64,000 nucleotides of DNA from Pseudomonadota bacterium (lineage in GTDB: Bacteria > Myxococcota > JACRCW01 > JAFGSX01): the NCBI GenBank assembly GCA_043821645.1, contig JBDRCO010000087.1, positions 276,552-340,551 on the forward strand, read 5' to 3'. Positions 1 through 8,557 of this stretch are shown here, piece by piece (within the stretch, counting starts at the first letter, position 1; each line of letters opens with the position of its first letter). The notes under the pieces were generated by a model. That model was not told the DNA's origin, searched no databases, and saw only the letters and a list, made by a program, of their open reading frames with translations. The translations under genes and the position numbers were made by a program.

Positions 1-17
1 TCGACATCGTGCGCTGA
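1..17 (+). CDS. 3' end of an upstream CDS (..DIVR*), possibly SctS/FliQ
   Basis: GAC ATC GTG CGC TGA ends 18 nt before the sctT start; identity inferred only from the usual sctR-S-T order. Confidence 0.25.
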
Positions 18-35
18 GCGGTCCCTGAAACGAAG

Positions 36-851
36 ATGGAAGAACTCCTCAACCTGCTGCAGCAGCAAGTCGACTTCACCCGGGCCATCGTCGCCATGGC
101 CCTGGTACTGGCGCGCTTGCTGGTCATCGTGCAGCTGACGCCCTTCCTCGGCGGCAAGAACGCCCCGCCCGAGGTCAAGATGGGCATCGCCATCGCCCTC
201 AACGTGCTCATCTTTCCGATCGTGTACGGCAAGCTCGACGGGCCCATACCGCTGGACGCGGTGAACTTCATCTTCATGATGCTCAAGGAGGTCTTCATCG
301 GTCTGTTCATCGGCTTCATCGGCGCCGAACTTTTTTACGCGGTGGAGATGGCGGGACAGTTCATGAACCTGCTCAACGGCACCAACATGGTCCAGATCCA
401 GGTGCCCCAGTTGCAGGAGCGTTCGAGCGCCTTCGGCGACCTCAACTACCAGTTGCTGCTGGTGATCTTCCTGGCCTTCAACGGCCACCACATCTTTCTC
501 GACGTCATGTTCCAGAGTTTCGTGGACCTGCCCATCAACCGCTGGCCCGAGTTCTCGGCCGGCATGTGGCCGCTCATCGACCTCGCCATGCGCATCACCG
601 GCGACCTGTTCTTGATCGCGGTGGGTGTGGCCGCACCCATCGGTATCGCCTGCCTGATCACGGATATCTCGTTTGGTCTGCTCAATCGCGTCGCGCCCCA
701 GATCAACGCCTACTTCATGGCCATGCCGGCCAAGGCCATGGTCGGCGCCATGATGTTCTTCGTGGCCCTGCCGATGATCCTTCAGGTCTACGAGGAGCAC
801 TCGATGAACATGCTGGGTCTTGTGCGAGGCGTTCTGATCCTGTTCCGGTGA
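36..851 (+). CDS. sctT: Type III export-gate protein SctT/FliR family
   Basis: 271-aa polytopic membrane protein with KEVFIGLFIGF, AGQFMNLLNG and C-terminal LLNRVAPQINAYFMAMPAK motifs of FliR/EscT/YscT. Confidence 0.88.
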   Translation: MEELLNLLQQQVDFTRAIVAMALVLARLLVIVQLTPFLGGKNAPPEVKMGIAIALNVLIFPIVYGKLDGPIPLDAVNFIFMMLKEVFIGLFIGFIGAELFYAVEMAGQFMNLLNGTNMVQIQVPQLQERSSAFGDLNYQLLLVIFLAFNGHHIFLDVMFQSFVDLPINRWPEFSAGMWPLIDLAMRITGDLFLIAVGVAAPIGIACLITDISFGLLNRVAPQINAYFMAMPAKAMVGAMMFFVALPMILQVYEEHSMNMLGLVRGVLILFR

Positions 852-926
852 GGGCCTGGCGGTGACACACCGCAGCGGCCGGGACGCGGGCTTGCTCGAC
901 GGGGCGGTAGAGGTTTTACTACAGAC

Positions 927-2702
927 ATGAGCGGCGTCACATCCACATTCAAGGTCGGCCTCGTCGTCACCATGGCGACCCTGGGCTGGCTCTTCTGGTT
1001 CTTCAACACCAGCAAGAATCAGCTCGGCGGTGCCGACACCATCGGCGTTCACGCCTACTTCAAGACCGCGGCCGGTCTGAGCGCCAAGAGCAAGGTCACC
1101 GCTGCAGGTCTCGATGTGGGGCAGATCGCGCTCATCAGCCTGGTCGATTTCGACCGCATCCCCGACGAGGTGGCACGCTGCGAGCAGGAAGATGCGCTGC
1201 GCCAGCAGGGTCTGTACACCCCGCCCAAGAAGGGCGAGCTGCGCGAGACGGCCGGCTGTCGTCGCGGCCACTGGGCGCGGGTGGACATGCGGGTGAAGCA
1301 GAGCTTTGCCCTGCACAGCGACGCCAAGGTCGAGAAGACCACCGCCGGCCTCCTGGGCAGCAACATGCTCGAGCTGGCTCCAGGCGATCCGGTCAAGCCC
1401 GTACTGGCGGACGGCTCCGAGATCATCAACGTCAACTGGATGAGCGGCATGGAGTCGCTGTTCAGCTCGGTGGGAGACCTCGAGGGCGACATCCAGAGCA
1501 TCGTGCGCAACATCAATGGCATCACCGCCAGCATCAACCAGTTCATGGGCCCCGACCCGACCGGCGCCGCACCCATGCCCAGCTTTCCGACCCTGGTGGC
1601 GGAGTTGCAGGCGCAGCTCGAGCAGGTCACCGCCGACGTGGGCAAGACCGTGCGGCAAGTCAATGGCATCCTCGGCGACAATCGCCAGAACGTGAGCGAG
1701 GTGATCGCCAACCTGACCCGGGTCAGTGAGGAACTCAAGGCCATCGCGGATGGCACGGGCGAGAGAGGCGCCGCCTTCAACACGGTGGTGGCCAACGTGG
1801 CCGACGTCTCCGAGCAGCTGCGCGGGGTGGTCTCGGAGCTGCGCTCCCTCATCGGCGCTGCCGAGGCTGCCGAGGCTGAGGGTGAAAGCGGCAGCGCCAG
1901 CGAGCAGCTGGCAGGAGCCCGCAAGCAGGCCACAGGGATCCGCGAGACCGTCGAGCGCCTCAACGAGTCCCTCGATGCCCTGTCCCGGGTCACCACGCGC
2001 ATCGCCGACGGCGAGGGTACGGTGGGGCGCCTGCTCACCGACGACAAGCTGGCGCGGGACATCGAAGACGCGGTGGAGGGCGCGGGCGAGATCGTGGCCG
2101 GGATCAACCGCCTGGATACCCACGTGCAGGTGCTGGCCTGGTACAACTTCAACCAGGGCACGGCCCACGACGGGCTGAGCGTGCGATTGCAGCCGAGACC
2201 CGACAAGTACTACCTGGTCGAGCTGATGAACGATCCGCGGCGGGTGCCGCTGTACACCTGGACCACCACCACCACCAGCGATCCCCTGCACAGCCCCGGC
2301 GGCGGCACCACGACCTACCTGGAAGAAGTCGCGCAGATGACCGACGACTTCCGGCTGACCGCGATGTTCGCCAAGATGTGGGGGCCGCTCACCCTGCGCG
2401 TGGGCATCATCGAAAACTCCGGCGGCGTTGGCGCCAACCTGTGGTTCTGGGAGGACCGCATTCGCCTGCGCACGGACCTGTACCAGTTCGGGTACTTCGA
2501 CAAGCTGCCACGTTGGCGCAGCTACTTCGAGCTCGAGCCCATCGAACACGTGTTCGTGATCGCCGGCGTCGACGACGTGCTCAACGCCTGGGATCAGAAC
2601 TTCGTGTACAACCCCAATGGCTGGGATTACTTCGCCGGGGCTGGCCTCGGCTTCACCGACGACGATCTCAAAAGCCTGCTCACCATCCTGCCCACGCCAT
2701 GA
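927..2702 (+). CDS. mlaD: MCE/MlaD-family protein with long helical region and C-terminal beta-rich domain
   Basis: N-terminal TM (FKVGLVV..); MCE motifs AAGLSAKSKVTAAGLDVGQI and GLLGSNMLELAPG; heptad region; GEGTVGRLLTD; alternating beta-strand C-terminus. Confidence 0.85.
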   Translation: MSGVTSTFKVGLVVTMATLGWLFWFFNTSKNQLGGADTIGVHAYFKTAAGLSAKSKVTAAGLDVGQIALISLVDFDRIPDEVARCEQEDALRQQGLYTPPKKGELRETAGCRRGHWARVDMRVKQSFALHSDAKVEKTTAGLLGSNMLELAPGDPVKPVLADGSEIINVNWMSGMESLFSSVGDLEGDIQSIVRNINGITASINQFMGPDPTGAAPMPSFPTLVAELQAQLEQVTADVGKTVRQVNGILGDNRQNVSEVIANLTRVSEELKAIADGTGERGAAFNTVVANVADVSEQLRGVVSELRSLIGAAEAAEAEGESGSASEQLAGARKQATGIRETVERLNESLDALSRVTTRIADGEGTVGRLLTDDKLARDIEDAVEGAGEIVAGINRLDTHVQVLAWYNFNQGTAHDGLSVRLQPRPDKYYLVELMNDPRRVPLYTWTTTTTSDPLHSPGGGTTTYLEEVAQMTDDFRLTAMFAKMWGPLTLRVGIIENSGGVGANLWFWEDRIRLRTDLYQFGYFDKLPRWRSYFELEPIEHVFVIAGVDDVLNAWDQNFVYNPNGWDYFAGAGLGFTDDDLKSLLTILPTP

Positions 2703-3835
2703 GGACCATCGTCGCCACCCTGTTGCTTGCGTGGGTTCTCGGCTGTGCCCAGTCCAAGCCGCGACCTGCACCCGCGGCGCCGCGTTGCATGCGGCTGGAC
2801 CGCGTGCAGGGCATCACCGTCGAGGTGCCCTGCTCGGGCAGCGACCAGGATCAGGACGGGCTCGACGATGCCGCGGACCTGTGCCCCACCGCGCCCGAGA
2901 GCGCCAATGGTCAGGACGACCTCGACGGCTGCCCGGACCCCGACGCCGATGGGGACCAGCTGCGCGACGACCTCGACGACTGCCCGCACCAGGCCGGGCC
3001 TGCGCCCACGGGTTGCCCGATCCTGGATGCCGATCAGGATGGCTTCGTCGATCACCTCGACTCCTGCCCGCTGGATCCCGAGGACTTCAACGGCATCGAG
3101 GATCAGGACGGTTGCCCCGACGGCGCCGACGTGGTGGTGGTGGCGCGCAACGACACCCTGTACCTCAAGCAGCCGGTGCACTTCCTCAAGAAGAGCGCGA
3201 TGCTGCTCCCCGACTCCAAGGATCTCCTGGACCGGGTTGGCACCCAGCTCAAGCGCCACGAGGATCGCATCGCGCGCATTCGCGTGGTCGGGCACGCCGA
3301 CAGCCGCGAGGTCAGCGGCAAGAAAGCCGAGGCCCTGTCCCGGACTCGCGCCCGCATCGTGGCGCGCTATCTCATCTTGCAGGGCATGGACAAGAAGGTG
3401 TTCGAGACCGAGGCCCTGGGCAGCAAGAAACCCGCCAGCAAGGGGCGTCGCCCGCGCGATCGCGAGAAAAACCAGCGGGTCGAGCTGCTGGTGACTCTCA
3501 AACCTGCCACCGTGCCCGAGCTGGCCGCCTTGCCCGCACCCGCTGCGGTCGACGCAGGCGCTGCCGACGCCGTCACGGCCACGGCCGCGACCACCACGAC
3601 GACGACGACGGGCGGGACAACGACCACCGCATCCACCGGGACGGGTGGTGCGGATGCGGGTCAGGCAGGCACCGCGACCACGACGACGGCCACCACCACC
3701 ACCACCGCGACCACGACGACCACCACCACGTCCAGTGCGGCCGAGCCCGGCGTCCAGCCCTATAGCGAGGAAGAGAACTGGGACGAGGAGTTCCTCGACC
3801 AGGATTGGGACGAGAAGTTTCTTCAGAAGGATTGA
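2699..3835 (+). CDS. OmpA-family lipoprotein with thrombospondin type-3-like Ca-binding repeats and Thr-rich tail
   Basis: ATG overlaps mlaD stop (ATGA); signal with VLGC lipobox; DQDQDGLDDAADLCP..DGCPD repeats; OmpA_C motifs IRVVGHAD, LSRTRA, NQRVEL. Confidence 0.85.
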   Translation: MRTIVATLLLAWVLGCAQSKPRPAPAAPRCMRLDRVQGITVEVPCSGSDQDQDGLDDAADLCPTAPESANGQDDLDGCPDPDADGDQLRDDLDDCPHQAGPAPTGCPILDADQDGFVDHLDSCPLDPEDFNGIEDQDGCPDGADVVVVARNDTLYLKQPVHFLKKSAMLLPDSKDLLDRVGTQLKRHEDRIARIRVVGHADSREVSGKKAEALSRTRARIVARYLILQGMDKKVFETEALGSKKPASKGRRPRDREKNQRVELLVTLKPATVPELAALPAPAAVDAGAADAVTATAATTTTTTTGGTTTTASTGTGGADAGQAGTATTTTATTTTTATTTTTTTSSAAEPGVQPYSEEENWDEEFLDQDWDEKFLQKD

Positions 3836-3916
3836 GTTTCGAGGAGGTTCGCTGCCTGTCCCCGGGCGCGTTCCTCGACAGACCCGGCTGTCCGAAGAAC
3901 CCAGGCGGCGGCGTGC

Positions 3917-5200
3917 TTACTTTTTCTTTGCGGGCTTGCCCTTCTTGGCGCGCAGCTCGGCCGCAGCCTCCTGGATCTCGGTCAAGTCGCGCTGCATCTC
4001 GCTCCAGCCGTACCACAGGGCATAGTCCGGGTTGGCGTGGAAGGTGCCCTGGAAGGCGCGCATGCGGTGCTCGAGGAACATCACGAACAGCGTCTGCTCG
4101 ATGACTGTGGGCGCGTCGTGGAAGGCCAGCAGGTCCGGGTAGGCGCTGGCATAGCCCTTGGGCTTGGGCAGCACACCGTCCCGGTACAGGCCCGCGACCT
4201 CACGGATGGCCTCGGCCATCAAGTGGTCGACGTGGCGGATCATGTCGTCGCCCTTTTGCAGCTCACCCTTGGCGAAGTCCGGAGCGTGGCACTGGGCGCA
4301 GGTGTTGAGCATCTTGTCGCGGCCGGCCTGCCAGCTCGCCTGGTCCAGGCGCGCCAGGTCGGCGGCCTTGACCACCTCGAGGCGGCCGGTGGGCTTGCCC
4401 GTGGGGTCGAGCACACCCAGCCCCATGAGGATGGTGGCGCGATCCGCCGCCCATTGCTTGTCCTCGGGCATGGGCAGGCGCACGGCCAAGAAGCCCCAGG
4501 GCGCCCGCACCTCGTGATCGCCGCCCTGCATGTGGCAGGTCTGACAGGTGGGCGCCGCGGTCTCCTTGGGCAGGATGCCGTTCTGCTTGAGCAGGGCGCG
4601 CACGCCGTGCTTGCTCCCCGAGTACATCTCCCACTGCGGGTGATCGAAGCCCATGTGGCAGGTCTGGCAGGCCTGGGGCTGCTGCGCCTCGAGCACCGAG
4701 AAGGTGTGGCGGGTGTGGCAGGCATCGCAGGAAGCGGTGCCGAAGCCCGGGCCCGTCTTCTTGAGTTCGGCGATCTCGGCCTCGCTCTTGAGGCCGATCT
4801 TGTGGCAACCGCCACAGCCCTTCATGCCGTCGCTGAGGGCAGCAGGCAGGCCATGGGTGGTGGGCATGGCCTTCATGGCCGCCCAGGCGACGGCGTGCTT
4901 GCCCTTCTTGTACTGGGCCACGCGCTCCTCGTGACACTGGGCACAGGTCTCGGGAGTGGGGATCTGTGCCTTGCGGGCGTCGTCGGCACTCTTGTGCGCG
5001 TCACCGTGGCAACCATCGCAACTCACGCCATTCTTGCTGTGTTTGCTCAGCTTCCAGTCCCCCACGATGCCTGGCGACTGCTTCTGGTGGCACTGCACGC
5101 AGACATCGGCGCTTGCCTTGACTTTCTTCTTGGTGGCGGCGTGTGCCAGTGGAGACCACAGCAGGGCCGTGGCGACGAGGATGACGACTGTTTTTGGCAT
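3917..5200 (-). CDS. Octaheme cytochrome c, hydroxylamine oxidoreductase (HAO)-like family
   Basis: Signal peptide; 8 CxxCH motifs (CVQCH, CDGCH, CAQCH, CGGCH, CDACH, CQTCH x2, CAQCH); CHTRHTFS, CHMGFDHPQWEMY..SKHG, FHANPD; GGAG RBS. Confidence 0.88.
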   Translation of the reverse strand: MPKTVVILVATALLWSPLAHAATKKKVKASADVCVQCHQKQSPGIVGDWKLSKHSKNGVSCDGCHGDAHKSADDARKAQIPTPETCAQCHEERVAQYKKGKHAVAWAAMKAMPTTHGLPAALSDGMKGCGGCHKIGLKSEAEIAELKKTGPGFGTASCDACHTRHTFSVLEAQQPQACQTCHMGFDHPQWEMYSGSKHGVRALLKQNGILPKETAAPTCQTCHMQGGDHEVRAPWGFLAVRLPMPEDKQWAADRATILMGLGVLDPTGKPTGRLEVVKAADLARLDQASWQAGRDKMLNTCAQCHAPDFAKGELQKGDDMIRHVDHLMAEAIREVAGLYRDGVLPKPKGYASAYPDLLAFHDAPTVIEQTLFVMFLEHRMRAFQGTFHANPDYALWYGWSEMQRDLTEIQEAAAELRAKKGKPAKKK

Positions 5201-5312
5201 GTAAATCTCCTCCGGTGTGGGTGTGGATCCGGCGGCGAAAGAGTCCCGTGCTCTCTGCTCATCCTCAACGGTGAGGCCTGAGCGGAGTTCACCAGTTCTG
5301 TGTAGAACTGCC

Positions 5313-5326
5313 TTGATTCAGATCAA
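5313..5326. promoter_or_regulatory. FNR/Crp-family binding site upstream of the octaheme cytochrome gene
   Basis: Perfect TTGAT-TCAG-ATCAA, 113 nt upstream of the minus-strand start at 5200. Confidence 0.75.
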
Positions 5327-5340
5327 GTGTGCGGGAGTCC

Positions 5341-5709
5341 CTAGCGCGCGCGTCGCGATCTCCGGCGTCGGCGGTGGGTGTCGAGTTCCTCGGGTTTGCG
5401 GCCTCCGAGCAGGCGCGGCGCCAGGCGACCCAGGAAATCGTCTGCTGCCTCGAGGCCGCTGCTGGAGCGGAGCTGGAGCTGGACCACCACACCGGCCACG
5501 TCCAGGGCCAGGCCCACGGCCATCAGCACGCCGAACAGGCCCGCATGCTCCCGCACCGGCATCGCCAGGGCCACAGCCAGGATCACGCACAGCGCACCAC
5601 CGCCGAGCAAGGTCCAGGATACGACCCGCAACCTCCGTCGCGCGCGCGCCTGCTGGGCGGCCAGCTCGGCCTCGTAGCGATCGGGATCACCTGCCGCGGA
5701 GATCATCAT
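5341..5709 (-). CDS. Small hypothetical membrane protein (2 TM)
   Basis: 122-aa ORF with two hydrophobic segments that fills the gap; no family recognised. Confidence 0.55.
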   Translation of the reverse strand: MMISAAGDPDRYEAELAAQQARARRRLRVVSWTLLGGGALCVILAVALAMPVREHAGLFGVLMAVGLALDVAGVVVQLQLRSSSGLEAADDFLGRLAPRLLGGRKPEELDTHRRRRRSRRAR

Positions 5710-5777
5710 GGGGGCACGCTACCCGCTGCCGGGGCCCGGCCGCAAGCGAGCCTGTCTGCCCGGCCGCATCTTCGCGT

Positions 5778-5806
5778 TTGACAGGCCCTGTGGGATCCGC
5801 TAATTG
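5778..5806 (+). promoter_or_regulatory. Putative sigma70 promoter of the rpsP operon
   Basis: TTGACA-N17-TAATTG, about 80 nt upstream of rpsP. Confidence 0.5.
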
Positions 5807-5887
5807 CACCCTCTTTGTCGGCCCTTGAGAGCCGTACGAGACGTGTGCAGACCGGACTGAGATCCGGGTGCGATGAGGAACAGATCG

Positions 5888-6148
5888 ATGGCAGCCAAGA
5901 TCCGTCTGGCGCGCGCTGGCGCAAAAAAGAAGCCCTTTTACCGCATCATCGTCACCGACAGCCGCAGCAAGCGGGACGGCGATTTCCTGGAGCAGGTCGG
6001 GACCTACGACCCGCGCCCGGTGCCGCCGGCCATCAATCTGAAGGTGGATCGGATCAAGCACTGGCTGTCGCACGGCGTGCAGGCTACCGACACCGTCAAG
6101 CGCCTGTTCAAGCAGCACGGTCTGGCCGATCCGCCGGCCCAGGCCTGA
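5888..6148 (+). CDS. rpsP: 30S ribosomal protein S16
   Basis: MAAKIRLARAGAKKKPFYRIIVTDSRSKRDG..EQVGTYDP; GAGGA RBS. Confidence 0.97.
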   Translation: MAAKIRLARAGAKKKPFYRIIVTDSRSKRDGDFLEQVGTYDPRPVPPAINLKVDRIKHWLSHGVQATDTVKRLFKQHGLADPPAQA

Positions 6149-6330
6149 AGCGCGTTGCACGGGGGCCCTGCGGGTGAAGCTCGCCGGGCGATGCCGGGGA
6201 GGATCCCGTCGCCAGGTCGCGCAGGTCGTGGCCGAGGTCGGGACAGGGGTACGCGGGGCGCCCGATTCTTCCCGAAAAGCTCCGGGTCTCGCGACAGCGG
6301 GTGCATGCTGCTGCGAAAGCCGAGGTCGTC

Positions 6331-6564
6331 ATGAAGGAGCTCATCGAGTACATCGCCCGCGCGCTCGTCGACAGCCCCGACGCCGTGGAGGTGAGTGAGC
6401 TTGGCGAGGAGCAGGCCAGCATGATCACCCTCAAGGTCGCTCGCGAGGACCTGGGCAAGGTCATCGGCAAGAAGGGCCGCACCGCCAAGGCCATGCGCAC
6501 CATCCTCAGCGCGGCCTCGACCAAGCTGCGCAAGCGATCCAGCCTGGAGATCATGGAGCCCTAG
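6331..6564 (+). CDS. khpA: KH-domain RNA-binding protein KhpA/YlqC
   Basis: MKELIEYIARALVD..DLGKVIGKKGRTAKAMR; lies between rpsP and rimM. Confidence 0.93.
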   Translation: MKELIEYIARALVDSPDAVEVSELGEEQASMITLKVAREDLGKVIGKKGRTAKAMRTILSAASTKLRKRSSLEIMEP

Positions 6565-6598
6565 CAGTGCCGTCCTGTTCCCGGCGCCCGGCGCGTCC

Positions 6599-7144
6599 GT
6601 GACCCCCCCCAGCCCGAGCATTCCGGTGGCGCGTATCGTGCGGGCCCATGGCATTCGCGGCGAGATGCGCGTGCTTCTGTACAACCCGGACTCGACCCTG
6701 CTGCGCCGAGGCCTGCAGCTCGAGGTCTACGCCCGGGATGGCGCCGTGCATGCGCACGTGATCCAGCGCCTGCGCCCCCAGCAGCAAGACCTGCTGCTGA
6801 CCCTCGACGGCATCGACAGCCGCGACGCGGCCGAGGCCCTGCACGGTGCCGAGCTGCGTGTGGCGCGTGCCGCCCTGCCGCCCACCGACGACGACGAGTA
6901 CTACGCCATCGACCTCGTGGGTTGCCGTGTGGTCGATGCCCAGGGCACCGAGCTGGGTCAGGTGAGCCAGGTCAGTGACAACGGAGCGCAGGACCTGCTG
7001 CACGTCGAGGCCAGCGGGGGCGAGTGGCTGCTGCCGCTGGTGGACGCCTACGTCGACACCGTGGATCTGGACGCGCGCACCGTACGCGTGAGGCAGGTGG
7101 CGGAGCTGATCGCCCTGGGCCAGGCTCCGTCGACCAAGGACTAG
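6599..7144 (+). CDS. rimM: Ribosome maturation factor RimM
   Basis: AHGIRGEMRV, GIDSRDAAEAL, DEYYAIDLVG, NGAQDLL; synteny. Confidence 0.93.
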   Translation: MTPPSPSIPVARIVRAHGIRGEMRVLLYNPDSTLLRRGLQLEVYARDGAVHAHVIQRLRPQQQDLLLTLDGIDSRDAAEALHGAELRVARAALPPTDDDEYYAIDLVGCRVVDAQGTELGQVSQVSDNGAQDLLHVEASGGEWLLPLVDAYVDTVDLDARTVRVRQVAELIALGQAPSTKD

Positions 7145-7149
7145 GCGCC

Positions 7150-7899
7150 ATGCGCATCGACCTGCTGTCGCTGTTCCCGGACATGTTCGACGCCGTGCTC
7201 GATGCGAGCATCCTCGGCCGCGCCCGGCGCGCGGGTCTGGTCGACCTGCGCTGCACCGACATCCGTCTGTTCACCGACGACAGGCACCATACCGTCGACG
7301 ACACGCCCTATGGCGGCGGCGCTGGCATGGTGCTCAAGATCGAGCCTGCGCTCACCGCCATCGAAGCCGTGGTCGGCGACGAGGGAGGGCCTCCCGACGG
7401 GCGCGTCATCGCGCTCATGAGTGCCAGCGGCCATCGCTTCGAGCAGGCCGCGGCGCGCGAGCTCAGTCTGACACGGCATCTGGTGCTGCTGTGCGGGCGC
7501 TACGAGGGCGTGGATGCGCGACTTGCGGCCTACGTCGATCGCGAGCTGAGTATTGGCGACTACGTGCTCACCGGCGGCGAGCTGGCGGCCATGGTCGTGG
7601 TCGACGCCGTGGTGCGGCTGTTGCCCGGAGCCCTGGGCAACGACCAGAGCGCGGTCCACGAGTCCCACACCGGATACAGGCTCGAGCACCCGCACTACAC
7701 CCGACCGCCCGTGCATCTGGGCGAGGCCGTGCCCGAGGTGCTGCTGTCCGGCGATCACCGGCGCATCGCCCAGTGGCGACAGGCGCAGTCGCTGCACCGC
7801 ACCCGCGAAGCTCGCCCGGACCTGCTGCGGGATCATCCCCTGACCAGTGACGAGATCGCCCTGCTGTGCGGGCGCGAGCCACGCAGGGGTCGCCGGTGA
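7150..7899 (+). CDS. trmD: tRNA (guanine-N1)-methyltransferase TrmD
   Basis: MRIDLLSLFP, VDDTPYGGGAGMV, CGRYEGVDAR, SIGDYVLTGGE, YTRP. Confidence 0.96.
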   Translation: MRIDLLSLFPDMFDAVLDASILGRARRAGLVDLRCTDIRLFTDDRHHTVDDTPYGGGAGMVLKIEPALTAIEAVVGDEGGPPDGRVIALMSASGHRFEQAAARELSLTRHLVLLCGRYEGVDARLAAYVDRELSIGDYVLTGGELAAMVVVDAVVRLLPGALGNDQSAVHESHTGYRLEHPHYTRPPVHLGEAVPEVLLSGDHRRIAQWRQAQSLHRTREARPDLLRDHPLTSDEIALLCGREPRRGRR

Positions 7900-8456
7900 C
7901 GGTTCCTCGCCTGGCCATCGCCCTGTGCCACTACCCCGTGCTGGACCCCCGGAATCAGGTGTCCTGCTCGGCGATCACCAACCTCGACGTGCATGACATG
8001 GCGCGTTCTGCCACCACCTATGGCGTCGATGCGGCCTACGTGGTCACGCCGGTGGCCAAGCAGCGCGAGCTGGTCGAGGCCATCCTGCAGCACTGGCTGG
8101 GCGGCACCGGTGGCGATCGCTGTCCGGATCGCAGCACCGCCTTCAAGATCCTGCACCCCGCGGGCTCCATCGAGGAGGTGCTGGCGCTGGAGGCCGTAGC
8201 AGCCGACGGGCAGACCCCGACCGTGGTGGTCACCAGTGCGCGCCACGACCCGGCCATCGTCGAGGTGGCCACGCTGCGCGAGCGCCTGCAGCGGGAGTCC
8301 GCACTGATCCTGTTCGGCACCGCGCGCGGCCTGGCGCCCTCGGTGCTGGAGCGCGCCGATCTGCGCCTGGCTCCGCTCGAGGGCACGGGCAGCTACAACC
8401 ACCTTTCGGTGCGAGCGGCCATCGCCATCTACCTGGACAGGCTGCGCGGGCGCTGA
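7896..8456 (+). CDS. SPOUT-type SAM-dependent RNA methyltransferase (TrmD-associated family)
   Basis: GTGA overlap with trmD; ALCHYPV, ITNLDVHDMARSATTYG, LFGTARGL, YNHLSVRAAIAIYLDRL. Confidence 0.85.
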   Translation: MTVPRLAIALCHYPVLDPRNQVSCSAITNLDVHDMARSATTYGVDAAYVVTPVAKQRELVEAILQHWLGGTGGDRCPDRSTAFKILHPAGSIEEVLALEAVAADGQTPTVVVTSARHDPAIVEVATLRERLQRESALILFGTARGLAPSVLERADLRLAPLEGTGSYNHLSVRAAIAIYLDRLRGR

Positions 8457-8557
8457 ACCTGCGCGGCAGCTTTCTGGAGAGCCTGCCTCACCCATGTTAG
8501 CGTGATGACGCGACCCTTCGTGCGTCGACGGAGCCTGCGCTCCGGACGCCGGGAGCA

